Under the pieces are notes generated by a model. That model worked only from the letters and a program-made list of their open reading frames with translations. It was not told the DNA's origin and searched no databases. From positions 1 to 44,342 of IMG/VR virus record IMGVR_UViG_2547132254_000004: a stretch of DNA of 44,342 nt; one strand, written 5' to 3'. The position numbers were made by a program, and so were the translations under genes. How positions within the stretch are numbered: the first letter of the stretch is position 1; each line of letters opens with the position of its first letter. This DNA is from a virus (Duplodnaviria > Heunggongvirae > Uroviricota > Caudoviricetes). Positions 21,082 to 30,513 of the stretch are shown piece after piece.

Positions 21082-22264
21082 CGGAGGGTTTCGTGGTCAT
21101 GTTCATCGGTGTGAGATAGACATCACCACCGGGACGCGGATTCATATCTTCCAGGTCGCGGCAGTCATTGGGAGAGTAAATTCCCCAGTTAATCCCGGTG
21201 GCGTAGGCTTCAAAACGGGACTTCATATCCCCGCGCAGTAACGCCCCGGCGTTAAATTTGGCGTAATAAACACCCTGCTTACTTTTTCGTACCAGTCCGG
21301 TGTTGATCCGCTGCTCAATGCGGGTCAGATACGGCACCAGTGAATAGTTGATAAATCCGAGCCCCAGCTCTTCGATATTGTTGAAGGTGGCGCGATCGGT
21401 GTTCTGCACCATGTGCAATGGCACCCGGAACAGACGACAGATTTCTTCAAGCTGAAACTTGCGGGTTTCCAGGAACTGGCTGTCCTCGGCGTTCAGCGCC
21501 ATCGACTTCCAGTCCAGCCCCATCTCAAGGATCATCGGGCGGTGAGCATTGCCAAGCCCGGTGTGACGCTCCTCAAAATCTTTCTTCAGGCGCTCATAAG
21601 CCTGATCTGACAGCGTCTGCTCTGTACGCAACACACCCGACGTCACCGCGCCATTGCTGAACAGTCTGGCCCCGTGCTCTTCGGTCGCTGCCGCCAGCGA
21701 TATTGCCTCGCGGGCATAGGCGATGGGATTCAGCCCCACCAGTCCGTCCAGCGTCAGCGTGCGCACATGCCAGATATCCTCCTGGCTCAGTACATCCGTG
21801 GAGCCATCCGGGAATGTGACCTGATAGACCGGCTCCCAGCTACTGTTAAGCTTCGGTACCACACAGCCGGGATCGACGGGCAGCAGTTCAGCCACTTCGC
21901 CAAATGCTTTCACTTTGTAGGCGTAAAAGTTTCCCCGCAGGCACAGACAGGTGACCACCAGCTCCCAGAACTCCTGCGGCGTCATATAGCCATTGGGATG
22001 CGTGGAGATCAGCTTATGCAGACGTTCGCCAGTGGCTCTCTGCTTCAGGCTGCCGTTCAGGTGATACAGGTTGCAGGGCAACATCCCGACCGACTCCGCC
22101 AGCACCCTGACACAGGAAAAAACCGCCGTCAGTCGCATGGCCCGCTGGCTGCTGATCTGCTTTCCGGTATAGGTGTCGTAGGACAACCCGATAGCATCCG
22201 CCAGCTCTGCTGGCGTGGTCACCGGTGCGTCACTTTTTCGTTGAAATAATCCCGAAAAGAACAC
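21023..22264 (-). CDS. Portal protein, HK97 family
   Basis: 413 aa by track (GTG start); true start may be an internal ATG near MRLTAVFSCVRVLAES. Confidence 0.8.
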   Translation of the reverse strand: MFFSGLFQRKSDAPVTTPAELADAIGLSYDTYTGKQISSQRAMRLTAVFSCVRVLAESVGMLPCNLYHLNGSLKQRATGERLHKLISTHPNGYMTPQEFWELVVTCLCLRGNFYAYKVKAFGEVAELLPVDPGCVVPKLNSSWEPVYQVTFPDGSTDVLSQEDIWHVRTLTLDGLVGLNPIAYAREAISLAAATEEHGARLFSNGAVTSGVLRTEQTLSDQAYERLKKDFEERHTGLGNAHRPMILEMGLDWKSMALNAEDSQFLETRKFQLEEICRLFRVPLHMVQNTDRATFNNIEELGLGFINYSLVPYLTRIEQRINTGLVRKSKQGVYYAKFNAGALLRGDMKSRFEAYATGINWGIYSPNDCRDLEDMNPRPGGDVYLTPMNMTTKPSDGSKAGKQKDNANADETTS

Positions 22265-22446
22265 TATTTACCTCCGCCGACAGACGACTGTGTACGGTCG
22301 AGATATCGCGCCACCAGCCACGACCAGAACAGGCACAACGCCCCGGCAACAACAAACCCCGCCGGGGGATAAATCAGCCAGGCACCATACGCCAGCAAAA
22401 GCGCCCCCAGCACGCCCACCAGAGGCGCGAGAATCAGCATGATCAT
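22264..22446 (-). CDS. Small two-helix membrane protein
   Basis: 60 aa, two hydrophobic helices, between terminase large subunit and portal. Confidence 0.35.
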
Positions 22447-22457
22447 AATTACCTCAG

Positions 22458-24191
22458 TTAAAGCGAGCGGATCCCATAGGACTCAATGTGGTCAGACAGC
22501 GTGTCTTCTTTCTCGTACAGCATGGCTCTGCCAACCGCCATAATCAGCGCAACTGCACCATCGATTTTGTTTTCCGCCTGCTCTTTGACGGGCTTCACCA
22601 CATCATCGTTACCCGGAATGGTTTTGCCGACCACGTTGCCGATACACCAGGTCATGATGGGATTGCCATCATGATGAAAGCGCCCCGATTCAATTGCCGC
22701 TTCCAGCTCTTTCATCGGGTCGGACATGTTGGTGTAGTTCTGAATGATAGTGATGGGGTTCAGGTCTTCATCAGCAAGGTCATGTGAGAGCCCGGTCGCC
22801 CCGAAGGGGTCGATGGGTGACTCGCTGACCGGGCTGATTTTGTTCGCCGCTTTGGCCTCCTCGAGGATGTAGCGATAATCCACCTCCGCACCAGCGGTAA
22901 CGGTCAGAACGCCCATTTCCACCCATTTCTGAAAGCGTTCGGCTGTCCGTCGATCTTCATTTTTCTCGACGCTGTACACCGTGTCATACGGTACCCAGAA
23001 ACGCGGGGCCACACTGTAGTAATGCGTTTTACCGTCAATCTCGCGGGTATAAAGTCGCGCCATGCTGTTCATATCCAGCTTACGCGCCAGGTCAAAGGCC
23101 AGAATGCACGGCTGCCCCTCGAACTGCTCAAGGGTCAGTGATTTATCCTCGCAGCTCTGCCAGCTCACCAGGTTGAAATACGCCGAACGCGCCGACACCC
23201 AGATATTGAGGTGTTTTGTTTTAAAGACGTTTGCCAGACGGGCGTTATTTTTCGCACGCTGCTGCTGACTTAACAAAAATTCGCGATAAACCGACACGCC
23301 AATATTTGGATTGGCTTTTTCCAGCACCTGCGGGTCGGTCCAGTCGTCACCTTCATCAACGGTATAGATGATCCCGAACAGTTCATCGTTGGGCACCGAG
23401 CCGTTGAGCATCTCGATGACTTCCCGCCGCTTGTCGTAGCACGGCCCCTCAATGTTGTACCCGGCAGTAGTAATGGCCCACATCAGTGGCTGACGTCGCG
23501 CCCCCATCCCGGTAAGCATCGTGGTGTAAAGCGCATCGGTGGCGTGCTCGTGATATTCATCCACCACCGCACAGTGGGGTGATGATCCATCACCGGGGTT
23601 ACCGATCAGCGGTTCAAACCGCGCGCCATCCTCCGGACGGTTCATGTTTGAGGCGTTAACCTCAATCCCGAACGCTTCCGTCAGCATGGGTGTGCGTTTA
23701 CACATCAGTCGCGCCGGGCGAAAGACTTCCCACGCCTGTTTCTCTGTCGTGGCACCGGAATACACTTCCGCGCCAAACTCGTTATCACAGGCAAAACAAT
23801 ACAGGGCGACACCGGCAGAGATTGCCGATTTGCCGTTCTTACGGGGGATTTCGGTATACACCTCACGGAAGCGGCGCAGCCGGGAGCCTTTATTGACCCA
23901 GCCAAACGCGCAGCAGATCACAAAGAGCTGCCACGGCTCTAGCGTGATGGGCATCCTCTTGAATGCCCACTCACCCTTGGTGTGCGGCAACAGCTGAATA
24001 AATTTGGCGGCCCGTTCAGCCAGGTCCTTGTCGAAGCGGTAACGAAACGACTTACTTTTTTCCGCCATCAGGTCATCAAGATGGCGCTGGCAGGCCTGAA
24101 TCACAAACTGGCAGGCCACAATCTTTCCGCGAACGACATCCCGGGCATACTGATTGGCAGCATTTACGTTGGGGTAAGATTTCCGGCTCAT
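22458..24191 (-). CDS. Terminase large subunit
   Basis: 577 aa with ATG start; ATPase and nuclease regions typical of HK97-type large terminases. Confidence 0.9.
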
Positions 24192-24691
24192 GATTCGATG
24201 ATTTTCAGAAACGGGTTAGTAGCTTTCTTCTGCCCCGCCAGGCCAATCAGACGCTGGCGGCTGCTGGGGTCGAGTCCGAGCATTGCCCCCGTGCTGCTCA
24301 TCTCGGACTCCTGTTCTTTTTTGGCGGTCAGCTCCGGGTTTTTGACCATACCGCCCATTGCACCGGTGATGGTGTTGCCCTGGCTGGCAATATTTTTCAC
24401 GGCACGTCGCCAGAACTCATAGGCCACGCACCACCGCTCAAGTACCGCCAGGTCAGTCACGCACAACAGGCCCTGACCGCAGAGTTCTTTGGTTGTCAGT
24501 TGCCACATGATCGTGGCGAGAGGGAGATCTTCTTCAGCGAACCACTCCGGTGGCTCAACACCTTTGATGGGCGTAAAAACAGGTTCATCTTTGTTCAGGG
24601 CTCGCTTGCCGGGGTTTCCGGCCAGCGCCTTGCGCGCCGTTGGCTTGGGGCGACGCCCGGAACGCCCCGCCGTTCCAGCCATATGCGGCAC
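24188..24691 (-). CDS. Terminase small subunit (P27 family-like)
   Basis: 167 aa overlapping the large subunit start by 4 nt; basic N-terminus. Confidence 0.75.
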   Translation of the reverse strand: MPHMAGTAGRSGRRPKPTARKALAGNPGKRALNKDEPVFTPIKGVEPPEWFAEEDLPLATIMWQLTTKELCGQGLLCVTDLAVLERWCVAYEFWRRAVKNIASQGNTITGAMGGMVKNPELTAKKEQESEMSSTGAMLGLDPSSRQRLIGLAGQKKATNPFLKIIES

Positions 24692-24731
24692 TCCTGGTTA
24701 AATTTCATTTTTCGCGGGTATAAAAAACGAT

Positions 24732-24780
24732 GGGGCGGGCAGTCCGGAAGACGTCAGGTCACAGGGATTTGACCCGCCCC
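24732..24780. repeat. GC-rich inverted repeat GGGGCGGG-N33-CCCGCCCC (possible cos-region element)
   Basis: Read directly in the 115-bp gap between the HNH and small terminase genes. Confidence 0.3.
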
Positions 24781-24806
24781 TCCCCTCAGACAGTTGAGAA
24801 TTATTA

Positions 24807-25157
24807 TCACTTTAACCGTTCACGGGCCGTCTTCGCCTTATGACACGGCCAGCACAGACTCTGCAGATTACTGTCAGCATCAGTGCCGCCATGCGCTTTA
24901 GGGATGATGTGGTCAACAGTTTTCGCCTCACGCACCACACCGGCACGCAGACATAACTGACACAGGCCTTTGTCACGCTTCAGGACACGCGCGCGGATAC
25001 TGTCCCACTTCGAACCGTAGCCGCGCTGATGACGGGATTGTCCAGGTTTGTATTGCTTCCAGCCTTCGCTTTTGTGGCTTTCGCAATAGCCTGACGGGTC
25101 AGTGGTGGTATGGCGGCAGCCGCGAACACGGCAGGCTTTTGGGGTTCGTGGGGGCAT
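24807..25157 (-). CDS. HNH endonuclease (terminase-associated)
   Basis: 116 aa with Cys pairs and DHIIPKAHGGTDADSNLQSLCWPCH motif, immediately upstream of the terminase genes. Confidence 0.85.
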   Translation of the reverse strand: MPPRTPKACRVRGCRHTTTDPSGYCESHKSEGWKQYKPGQSRHQRGYGSKWDSIRARVLKRDKGLCQLCLRAGVVREAKTVDHIIPKAHGGTDADSNLQSLCWPCHKAKTARERLK

Positions 25158-25204
25158 TTAAATTTCTCCTTCAATCATTACTACTGGTCTACCCATCGTA
25201 ATGG

Positions 25205-25238
25205 CAACAAAAAACCGCCCGTGGAAAGTGGGCGGTTT
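25205..25238 (-). terminator. Rho-independent terminator downstream of the GrlR-like gene
   Basis: Minus-strand AAACCGCCC-N9-GGGCGGTTT followed by a T-run. Confidence 0.5.
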
Positions 25239-25252
25239 AGGAGAGAATCGAT

Positions 25253-25573
25253 TTAAATCAAATTGCCGATAAATTTCGCCTGTACAGACAGAGTCGCACC
25301 AGGAACACCAGCAATTCCACCTTCAAGGTAATAACCATCCCCAATATCTCTCACTGAGAGATCCATCACATAATCGTTAAGGCCTGCAATAACGTTTTGT
25401 GCTGAAGGGTTGTGGCGGGATACATGAAGTTTCAATACCCCATCTTGTACACGCCCCTGATAGGTAAACCCAAAATCACCACCATTAACCGCATTATCCT
25501 TCACAACGACCGTGCCATTGCCAACATCATTATGACCGCTTCTGAACACAACAAAATAAATGCCGTCTTTCAT
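25253..25573 (-). CDS. GrlR-like protein (tentative), moron after the lysis cassette
   Basis: 106 aa (MKDGIYFVVF...GGD...YQG...LHVSRHN) resembling, from memory, the LEE regulator GrlR; AAGGA RBS; AT-rich gene and upstream region; own terminator. Confidence 0.4.
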   Translation of the reverse strand: MKDGIYFVVFRSGHNDVGNGTVVVKDNAVNGGDFGFTYQGRVQDGVLKLHVSRHNPSAQNVIAGLNDYVMDLSVRDIGDGYYLEGGIAGVPGATLSVQAKFIGNLI

Positions 25574-25665
25574 GTGTATAGTCCTTCAAAAAAATCACCC
25601 AAATCAGGTGCTTTGTATCTATTGGGTCATCACATATCAAATCAAGGAACAAAATAAAGTGAACA

Positions 25666-25935
25666 TCATTTTTTTTGCATGATGTGACCACGCTCAACTT
25701 CAATCCTTCTGATGTCAGCTTTATCGGTATTACACTGCGCCAATGCAGACAACAAGGCGGCATTCAGATCTAAGCTCGAGCCCCACGTAAAATGATCAGG
25801 TAAATCAGGCTGAGGGGTTTCAACCGTCAGGCTGGCTGGCAGTGGTGCCGTCGGAGTGTTCACGTAAACTGTCCGCGTACTTCCGCAACCGCTCAGCAGC
25901 GGCAGCAGGCACAAGACGTGAAGCACAATCATCAT
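25666..25935 (-). CDS. Rz1: Rz1-like o-spanin lipoprotein
   Basis: Alternate-frame ORF overlapping the 3' end of Rz; MMIVLHVLCLLPLLSGCGS lipobox then Pro-rich sequence; start placed at tandem ATGs 25930-25935. Confidence 0.6.
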   Translation of the reverse strand: MMIVLHVLCLLPLLSGCGSTRTVYVNTPTAPLPASLTVETPQPDLPDHFTWGSSLDLNAALLSALAQCNTDKADIRRIEVERGHIMQKK

Positions 25936-26212
25936 CCGCAACGGCCATTTTGATATCTTCCTGGGCTCTCTGTGACTCCAGTGCGATCTGCTGTTTTGCA
26001 TGCTGGTTAGCCTCCAGAACTGTATTGACGATTTGCAGTGATTGCAGGACGTTATTGGTAATGGCCATTGCTGATCCAGCATTTCGTACAGACTCATCAG
26101 CACGTTTCTTTTCGTACTGATATTTGCTGTAGTAGTGGTTGGCTGACCAGATGAAAGAACCAATGACAGTAACGAAGAAAGCAGCGATAACCAGCTTATA
26201 GCTCAACTTCAT
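25820..26212 (-). CDS. Rz: Rz-like i-spanin
   Basis: 130 aa with N-terminal transmembrane helix and coiled-coil, overlapping the endolysin stop. Confidence 0.7.
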   Translation of the reverse strand: MKLSYKLVIAAFFVTVIGSFIWSANHYYSKYQYEKKRADESVRNAGSAMAITNNVLQSLQIVNTVLEANQHAKQQIALESQRAQEDIKMAVADDDCASRLVPAAAAERLRKYADSLREHSDGTTASQPDG

Positions 26213-26672
26213 TTATCACCCCACCAGCCTCTTCAAACCGTGCAATCAGGTCACCGATTTTATGTTCATACTGACCGTAACCTGCACCAGGTAATGACGC
26301 CCAGATATTGCTGCAACGGTCGATTGCCTGACGAATATTGCCGCGGTCAATCATCGGTAAAGCGCCACACTCTTTAATCTGCTGCAGAGCTACAACGTCC
26401 TGGCTTTCTGGAGAAAAATCTTTCAGGCCAAGCTGTTTACGGTAAGCATCCCACCAGCGTGAAAGAAGCTGGTAACGTCCGGCGGCTGTTGACTTGAGTT
26501 TCGGGTTTAGCGTGACAAGTTTGCGAGGGTGATCGGAGTAATCAGTGAAGAGTTCACCACCAACAATAACGTCATAACCGTGGTTACGTGTCGGTTGTCG
26601 TCCGTTATCCGTTCCTTCTGACCAAGCCACCATATCGAGGAAAGCTTTACGCTGGGAATTTAGTACCTGCAT
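26196..26672 (-). CDS. R: Endolysin, lambda R-type lytic transglycosylase
   Basis: 158 aa; NSQRKAFLDMVAWSEGTDNGRQPTRNHGYDVIVGGELFTDYSDHPRK... closely matches my recollection of lambda R. Confidence 0.9.
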   Translation of the reverse strand: MQVLNSQRKAFLDMVAWSEGTDNGRQPTRNHGYDVIVGGELFTDYSDHPRKLVTLNPKLKSTAAGRYQLLSRWWDAYRKQLGLKDFSPESQDVVALQQIKECGALPMIDRGNIRQAIDRCSNIWASLPGAGYGQYEHKIGDLIARFEEAGGVINEVEL

Positions 26673-26675
26673 AAA

Positions 26676-27002
26676 TTACTCCTTAGAGCCACCAAATTTG
26701 TTACCGATTACTCGCATTGCAGCCCCACGAATAGCATCGACACCGATCAGCCCCACCCCACCACCAATGGCAACAGATAGTGATTTAGGCCATCCGACAT
26801 ACTCAAGAGCGGATGCAAAAGTCAGCGTCAGAGCGCCACAGAGTAGAATTTCGAGTGTTTTTCGCTTCCAGCCGCCACCACCGCCAAAATAGGCAATACG
26901 TAAACCAGCCATAACAATCGACATAATCACTGCGCCCAGCGGTGTGTCTCCACGCCACCAGCTCTGGACCAACTCCAGCCAGGTATTTGGGTTATGAGGC
27001 AT
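26676..27002 (-). CDS. S: Holin (class I, three predicted TM helices)
   Basis: 108 aa with three hydrophobic segments and a charged C-terminus, directly upstream of the endolysin. Confidence 0.7.
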   Translation of the reverse strand: MPHNPNTWLELVQSWWRGDTPLGAVIMSIVMAGLRIAYFGGGGGWKRKTLEILLCGALTLTFASALEYVGWPKSLSVAIGGGVGLIGVDAIRGAAMRVIGNKFGGSKE

Positions 27003-27153
27003 TTGTAGTTATCTCTCACCTCGCCAATACAGGAGGTGCAAATTGAGGGAACATCATGTACCGCAAATCAGAAGCGGAAACGTAAAAGAGGCCGAGCCAA
27101 TGGATAACTGCGGTATAGACCAGGCTCAACAAATAGCCGGGGCCAGAAACGAC

Positions 27154-27175
27154 AAACCCGCTCGACGGCGGGTTT
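27154..27175 (-). terminator. Hairpin in the late leader upstream of the holin (tR'-like, weak)
   Basis: AAACCCGC-N6-GCGGGTTT stem with a partly U-rich 3' tail on the minus strand, ~150 nt upstream of the holin start. Confidence 0.3.
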
Positions 27176-27402
27176 AAGCTGTGTGGCGAAGTGACCACTC
27201 TTAACACGATACAATAGTTTTTGCGTACGCGTTAGCATTTTTGATGGAAGTTAATGGTTGTTAATCTTATACTCAGTAAACAAAATTTATGCCGCCTTGA
27301 GCATGATGCGACATTAGGCACATGTTTGGATCTTCCTCGAAGATTCGTGCGGTAGCTATGCTCAAAATCCAATCAGCTCATAAAACATACTATGGGTTTT
27401 AA

Positions 27403-28092
27403 ATGCTCATTCCAACATCTCTATCAAAACAACCAGTAATCGAAGCTGCTTTCGAAATGCGTTTTTCTAAAGAAACACAAATATCGGAAATAGTTCCAGG
27501 GTTTCTTTTTCACGCTCTAGGTTGTACAAAACCAGTAATTAGTTTACCACCCAGTCAAATACCTAAAAATGTTCGTGAGGGAGATGAACAATTACATTAC
27601 GCAGTTGTCAGTCGCCTCGAAATCGAAGGGTACTATATTGGACTAAGTGACCATGGTGTTGTTGTATCCACCAGCACCAAATATCAAGGGTGGAGTCATT
27701 TTAGAGAAAAAATCATTCATGTATTAAATGAGCTTAACAAATTAAATTTAAATGACAACATCATCCGCTACTCATTAAAGTATGTAGATTTTTTCCCAAA
27801 AGAAGACGATTCTAATTTATTTGATAAGCTAAACGTCAGCTTAAATATGGCTGGCGAGTCTATGTCTAATTATCCGATCAATATCAGAATCGATAAAAAT
27901 GAAGGCGCATTTCTAAATATAATTCAAATATTATCTCATGCTTTAGTCATGTCAGATAATGGAGAATTTAATAAAAAAGGACTAATCCTAGACATAGACA
28001 GCATTAGGCAAATCACTAATACTGATGAAATAGATAAGTTTAAAAACGAACCAAAAAAATTCTTGATGATCTTCACTCCTGTAATAAATTAG
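27403..28092 (+). CDS. Hypothetical protein P1 of the AT-rich Q-S cassette
   Basis: 229-aa ATG ORF; AT-rich; opposite strand to all flanking phage genes; N-terminus KQPVIEAAFEMRF vaguely recalls the uncharacterised TIGR04255-type family (uncertain). Confidence 0.5.
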   Translation: MLIPTSLSKQPVIEAAFEMRFSKETQISEIVPGFLFHALGCTKPVISLPPSQIPKNVREGDEQLHYAVVSRLEIEGYYIGLSDHGVVVSTSTKYQGWSHFREKIIHVLNELNKLNLNDNIIRYSLKYVDFFPKEDDSNLFDKLNVSLNMAGESMSNYPINIRIDKNEGAFLNIIQILSHALVMSDNGEFNKKGLILDIDSIRQITNTDEIDKFKNEPKKFLMIFTPVIN

Positions 28093-28166
28093 CTTTCTTT
28101 AGTTGCCTTAAAGAGTCAACAATTCAAGAACTAGAACCATCCTACAAATAGAAATGGTGGTATGAT

Positions 28167-28511
28167 ATGTATCCGTCTCATCATGTTTATCGAGCTCAAC
28201 TTCAAGTATTAACTTTGGTTTTATATGGTCTGCATATAACTGCATTAACAGACATTGCCCAAAATCAACAGCATGGTCCTCAACAAAGTTTAATCGTCAA
28301 AAATCACGCTTTGGAGTATAAGTCTTCAACTACCGATTCAGTTCATTCCATCACACAAACATATAAAGCAGGGAGCACAATCTCAGTTGATCAAAGACTT
28401 GCAGTCTCGATGACAAACTTTTATGAAAAATTATCGACAAACCAGGTGTCTTTAGGCAGTGAAATAAATAAAGTCGTTCATGCTTCACTGTGGGATTTAT
28501 ACTTGGATTAA
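28167..28511 (+). CDS. Hypothetical protein P2 of the Q-S cassette
   Basis: 114-aa ATG ORF with GGTGG 8 nt upstream. Confidence 0.45.
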   Translation: MYPSHHVYRAQLQVLTLVLYGLHITALTDIAQNQQHGPQQSLIVKNHALEYKSSTTDSVHSITQTYKAGSTISVDQRLAVSMTNFYEKLSTNQVSLGSEINKVVHASLWDLYLD

Positions 28512-28514
28512 GTG

Positions 28515-28748
28515 ATGAGTAATAACATTTTTGATATCGAGAAATTCAAAGATCAAATTCCATATTATTTAACAGCTCATCAAAAAGAAGGGCTAATAAA
28601 TGCACTTAGAGATTTCCCTGAAAACACTAACTACTACCTTAGCAATTATCATGATGATCTGAAAAATGCTGCACTCCAGGGAGATATATTTAAGGAGCTT
28701 ACAGTATATTCAATTAAAGGGACTAAAAAACACGAGGCATTATATTAA
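28515..28748 (+). CDS. Hypothetical protein P3 of the Q-S cassette
   Basis: 77 aa; TAA-GTG-ATG junction with P2 suggests translational coupling. Confidence 0.45.
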   Translation: MSNNIFDIEKFKDQIPYYLTAHQKEGLINALRDFPENTNYYLSNYHDDLKNAALQGDIFKELTVYSIKGTKKHEALY

Positions 28749-28792
28749 GCAACAGTTGCGATATAGATACAAGTAATAATCGTGATGTGCCA

Positions 28793-29128
28793 ATGCGTGC
28801 AGTCTTTGCTCCGTTAGTAAGTTTATCTAAGTTCGAAGCTATTCTTCTCTCCAACGGAGTTTCTAAGACTTCAATAGATAGCAAAATTGATGCTATAAGG
28901 AAGCAGTTAATTACTAATATTTTTTATCTTCCTGAATCAGACAACTTAGAAGAATGCATCGTTTTTCTTGATGATGTATACCAATTACCAACGGAAGAAT
29001 TACAAAAACTCTTGAATGATAAATGCAAAGCCATAACTTTAAGTCAAGTTGGTTTCTACATTTTACTATTCAAAATATCTATTCACTTTTGTAGATTCCA
29101 TGAAAACATACAACGATTCGATCATTAA
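28793..29128 (+). CDS. Hypothetical protein P4 of the Q-S cassette
   Basis: 111 aa from ATG 28793 (track starts at GTG 28787); followed by an intrinsic terminator. Confidence 0.4.
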   Translation: MRAVFAPLVSLSKFEAILLSNGVSKTSIDSKIDAIRKQLITNIFYLPESDNLEECIVFLDDVYQLPTEELQKLLNDKCKAITLSQVGFYILLFKISIHFCRFHENIQRFDH

Positions 29129-29156
29129 GGCGGTACTACCGCCTTTTATTATTTTA
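29127..29156 (+). terminator. Rho-independent terminator ending the Q-S cassette
   Basis: AAGGCGG-TACTA-CCGCCTT followed by TTTTATTATTTT, overlapping the P4 stop and abutting the Q stop. Confidence 0.55.
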
Positions 29157-29513
29157 CACAAGTATACTTACAACCCCCTCTATAAAACCGATTGCGGTTT
29201 GCAACTCCTTCCTAATAGTGCCATCAGAGCACCTTCTCCTTTTGGCAATAGTGCGTAATGAGATACCAATAACAAAGTGGGCTATGATGAGCTCATATTC
29301 CTCTGGTTTATACTTTCTCAACCGAGCCACACAACTGTCTATCATAATGCCTTCGTCATCATCACACTGAATCCGTGACTTTTTGCCATGAGGTAAAAGC
29401 CCCTTGAAGCCTGCTGCTACCGGCTGCCAGTCCACACCACTGTTGTCTGCTGCAGCCCATGCTCCCCAGCGGTCCAATACTTCATACATATCACGCATCA
29501 ACTTACCCCACAA
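29154..29513 (-). CDS. Late-gene antitermination protein Q-like
   Basis: 119 aa at the end of the early-right operon upstream of the lysis genes; sequence compatible with the phage-82-type Q family by recollection. Confidence 0.6.
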   Translation of the reverse strand: MWGKLMRDMYEVLDRWGAWAAADNSGVDWQPVAAGFKGLLPHGKKSRIQCDDDEGIMIDSCVARLRKYKPEEYELIIAHFVIGISLRTIAKRRRCSDGTIRKELQTAIGFIEGVVSILV

Positions 29514-29516
29514 AAA

Positions 29517-30512
29517 TCAGGCCAGCACGCCAATTGCCAGCGCACGATCGATAAAACGAAATATCAGCTCCAACTGAGAGCCATACTTTTCTTCAAATAC
29601 CACGGTATCCGCATGCAGCTCGTCGTGATGCTTTCTGCACAAAGGCAACACAAAAAGGTCATGCGCTTTTGTTCCCATTCCACCCTGACCGTAACCTATC
29701 AGGTGGTGGGGATCATCAGCGGGCTTTCCACAACATGCACACGGCTGTGTCTTAACCCAGCGCGTGTACTTTTCATTAACCCAGCGGCGACGTTTTGGGC
29801 GTAACATAAAAGACTCCGGCGACTCCGGATCCACTTTCAGCGCCAGCACCTTTTTCGCCTTATCCTGGATGATGCTGGTGGCAGGAACCGAAGGCACAAG
29901 GTCACTTTCCCGGGTGACAGACGGCACAACAGGCTTCGGTAATCTCAGTGCCTTACGGGCTGCACTTTCCGGTAAGGCATCCGCCAGGTCATTACGAATC
30001 AGCCACCAGCACAGTTCCGGCATTGTCACAACGTGACTGTCATCAAAACCGAGATCCCGACGCACAACAGACAACACCCAGCGGGCACAGTTATCCGTTG
30101 CCATTGATTCCAGCCGTTCCGTGAACTGATCGCGCAGCTGGTTATCGCAGTGCCAGCACAGACGGATTGCACCCGGAGCGTGTCGCATTGTGGTCATGTT
30201 CTCGCTGTGCCAGTCGGAATGAGGCCACTGGCAGCCTTTTTCACGAAGTAACCAGCTTTCAAGACATTCCACGCCACCAGCACGACGGATCACTGCCTCA
30301 TTGCGGAACACGGCCCGAACGGTAGGATCATCCGCCAGCGGTTGTGATGCCGCCGGAACGGCACCACTGGCGAAAGATGAATAACGTTCCGGCTCAGGCT
30401 CCAGCAGGACACGCCCCTGCATAAACAGGGGCATCAGCTCTGAACCTGGTCTGAACAATACGATCCCCATACGCGGGGCAATTTCAGGGGTCAGTAGTGC
30501 TCTCACGGTCAC
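29517..30512 (-). CDS. DUF968-type prophage protein with HNH-like C-terminal Cys/His cluster
   Basis: 331 aa; C-terminal CACCGKPADDPHHLIGYGQGGMGTKAHDLFVLPLCRKHHDELH. Confidence 0.5.
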   Translation of the reverse strand: MTVRALLTPEIAPRMGIVLFRPGSELMPLFMQGRVLLEPEPERYSSFASGAVPAASQPLADDPTVRAVFRNEAVIRRAGGVECLESWLLREKGCQWPHSDWHSENMTTMRHAPGAIRLCWHCDNQLRDQFTERLESMATDNCARWVLSVVRRDLGFDDSHVVTMPELCWWLIRNDLADALPESAARKALRLPKPVVPSVTRESDLVPSVPATSIIQDKAKKVLALKVDPESPESFMLRPKRRRWVNEKYTRWVKTQPCACCGKPADDPHHLIGYGQGGMGTKAHDLFVLPLCRKHHDELHADTVVFEEKYGSQLELIFRFIDRALAIGVLA

Positions 30513-30513
30513 C

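Noticed and set aside
27016-27207. 63-aa minus-strand ORF upstream of the holin
   Set aside because: Falls in the presumed late leader and translates through a terminator-like hairpin; more likely untranslated.
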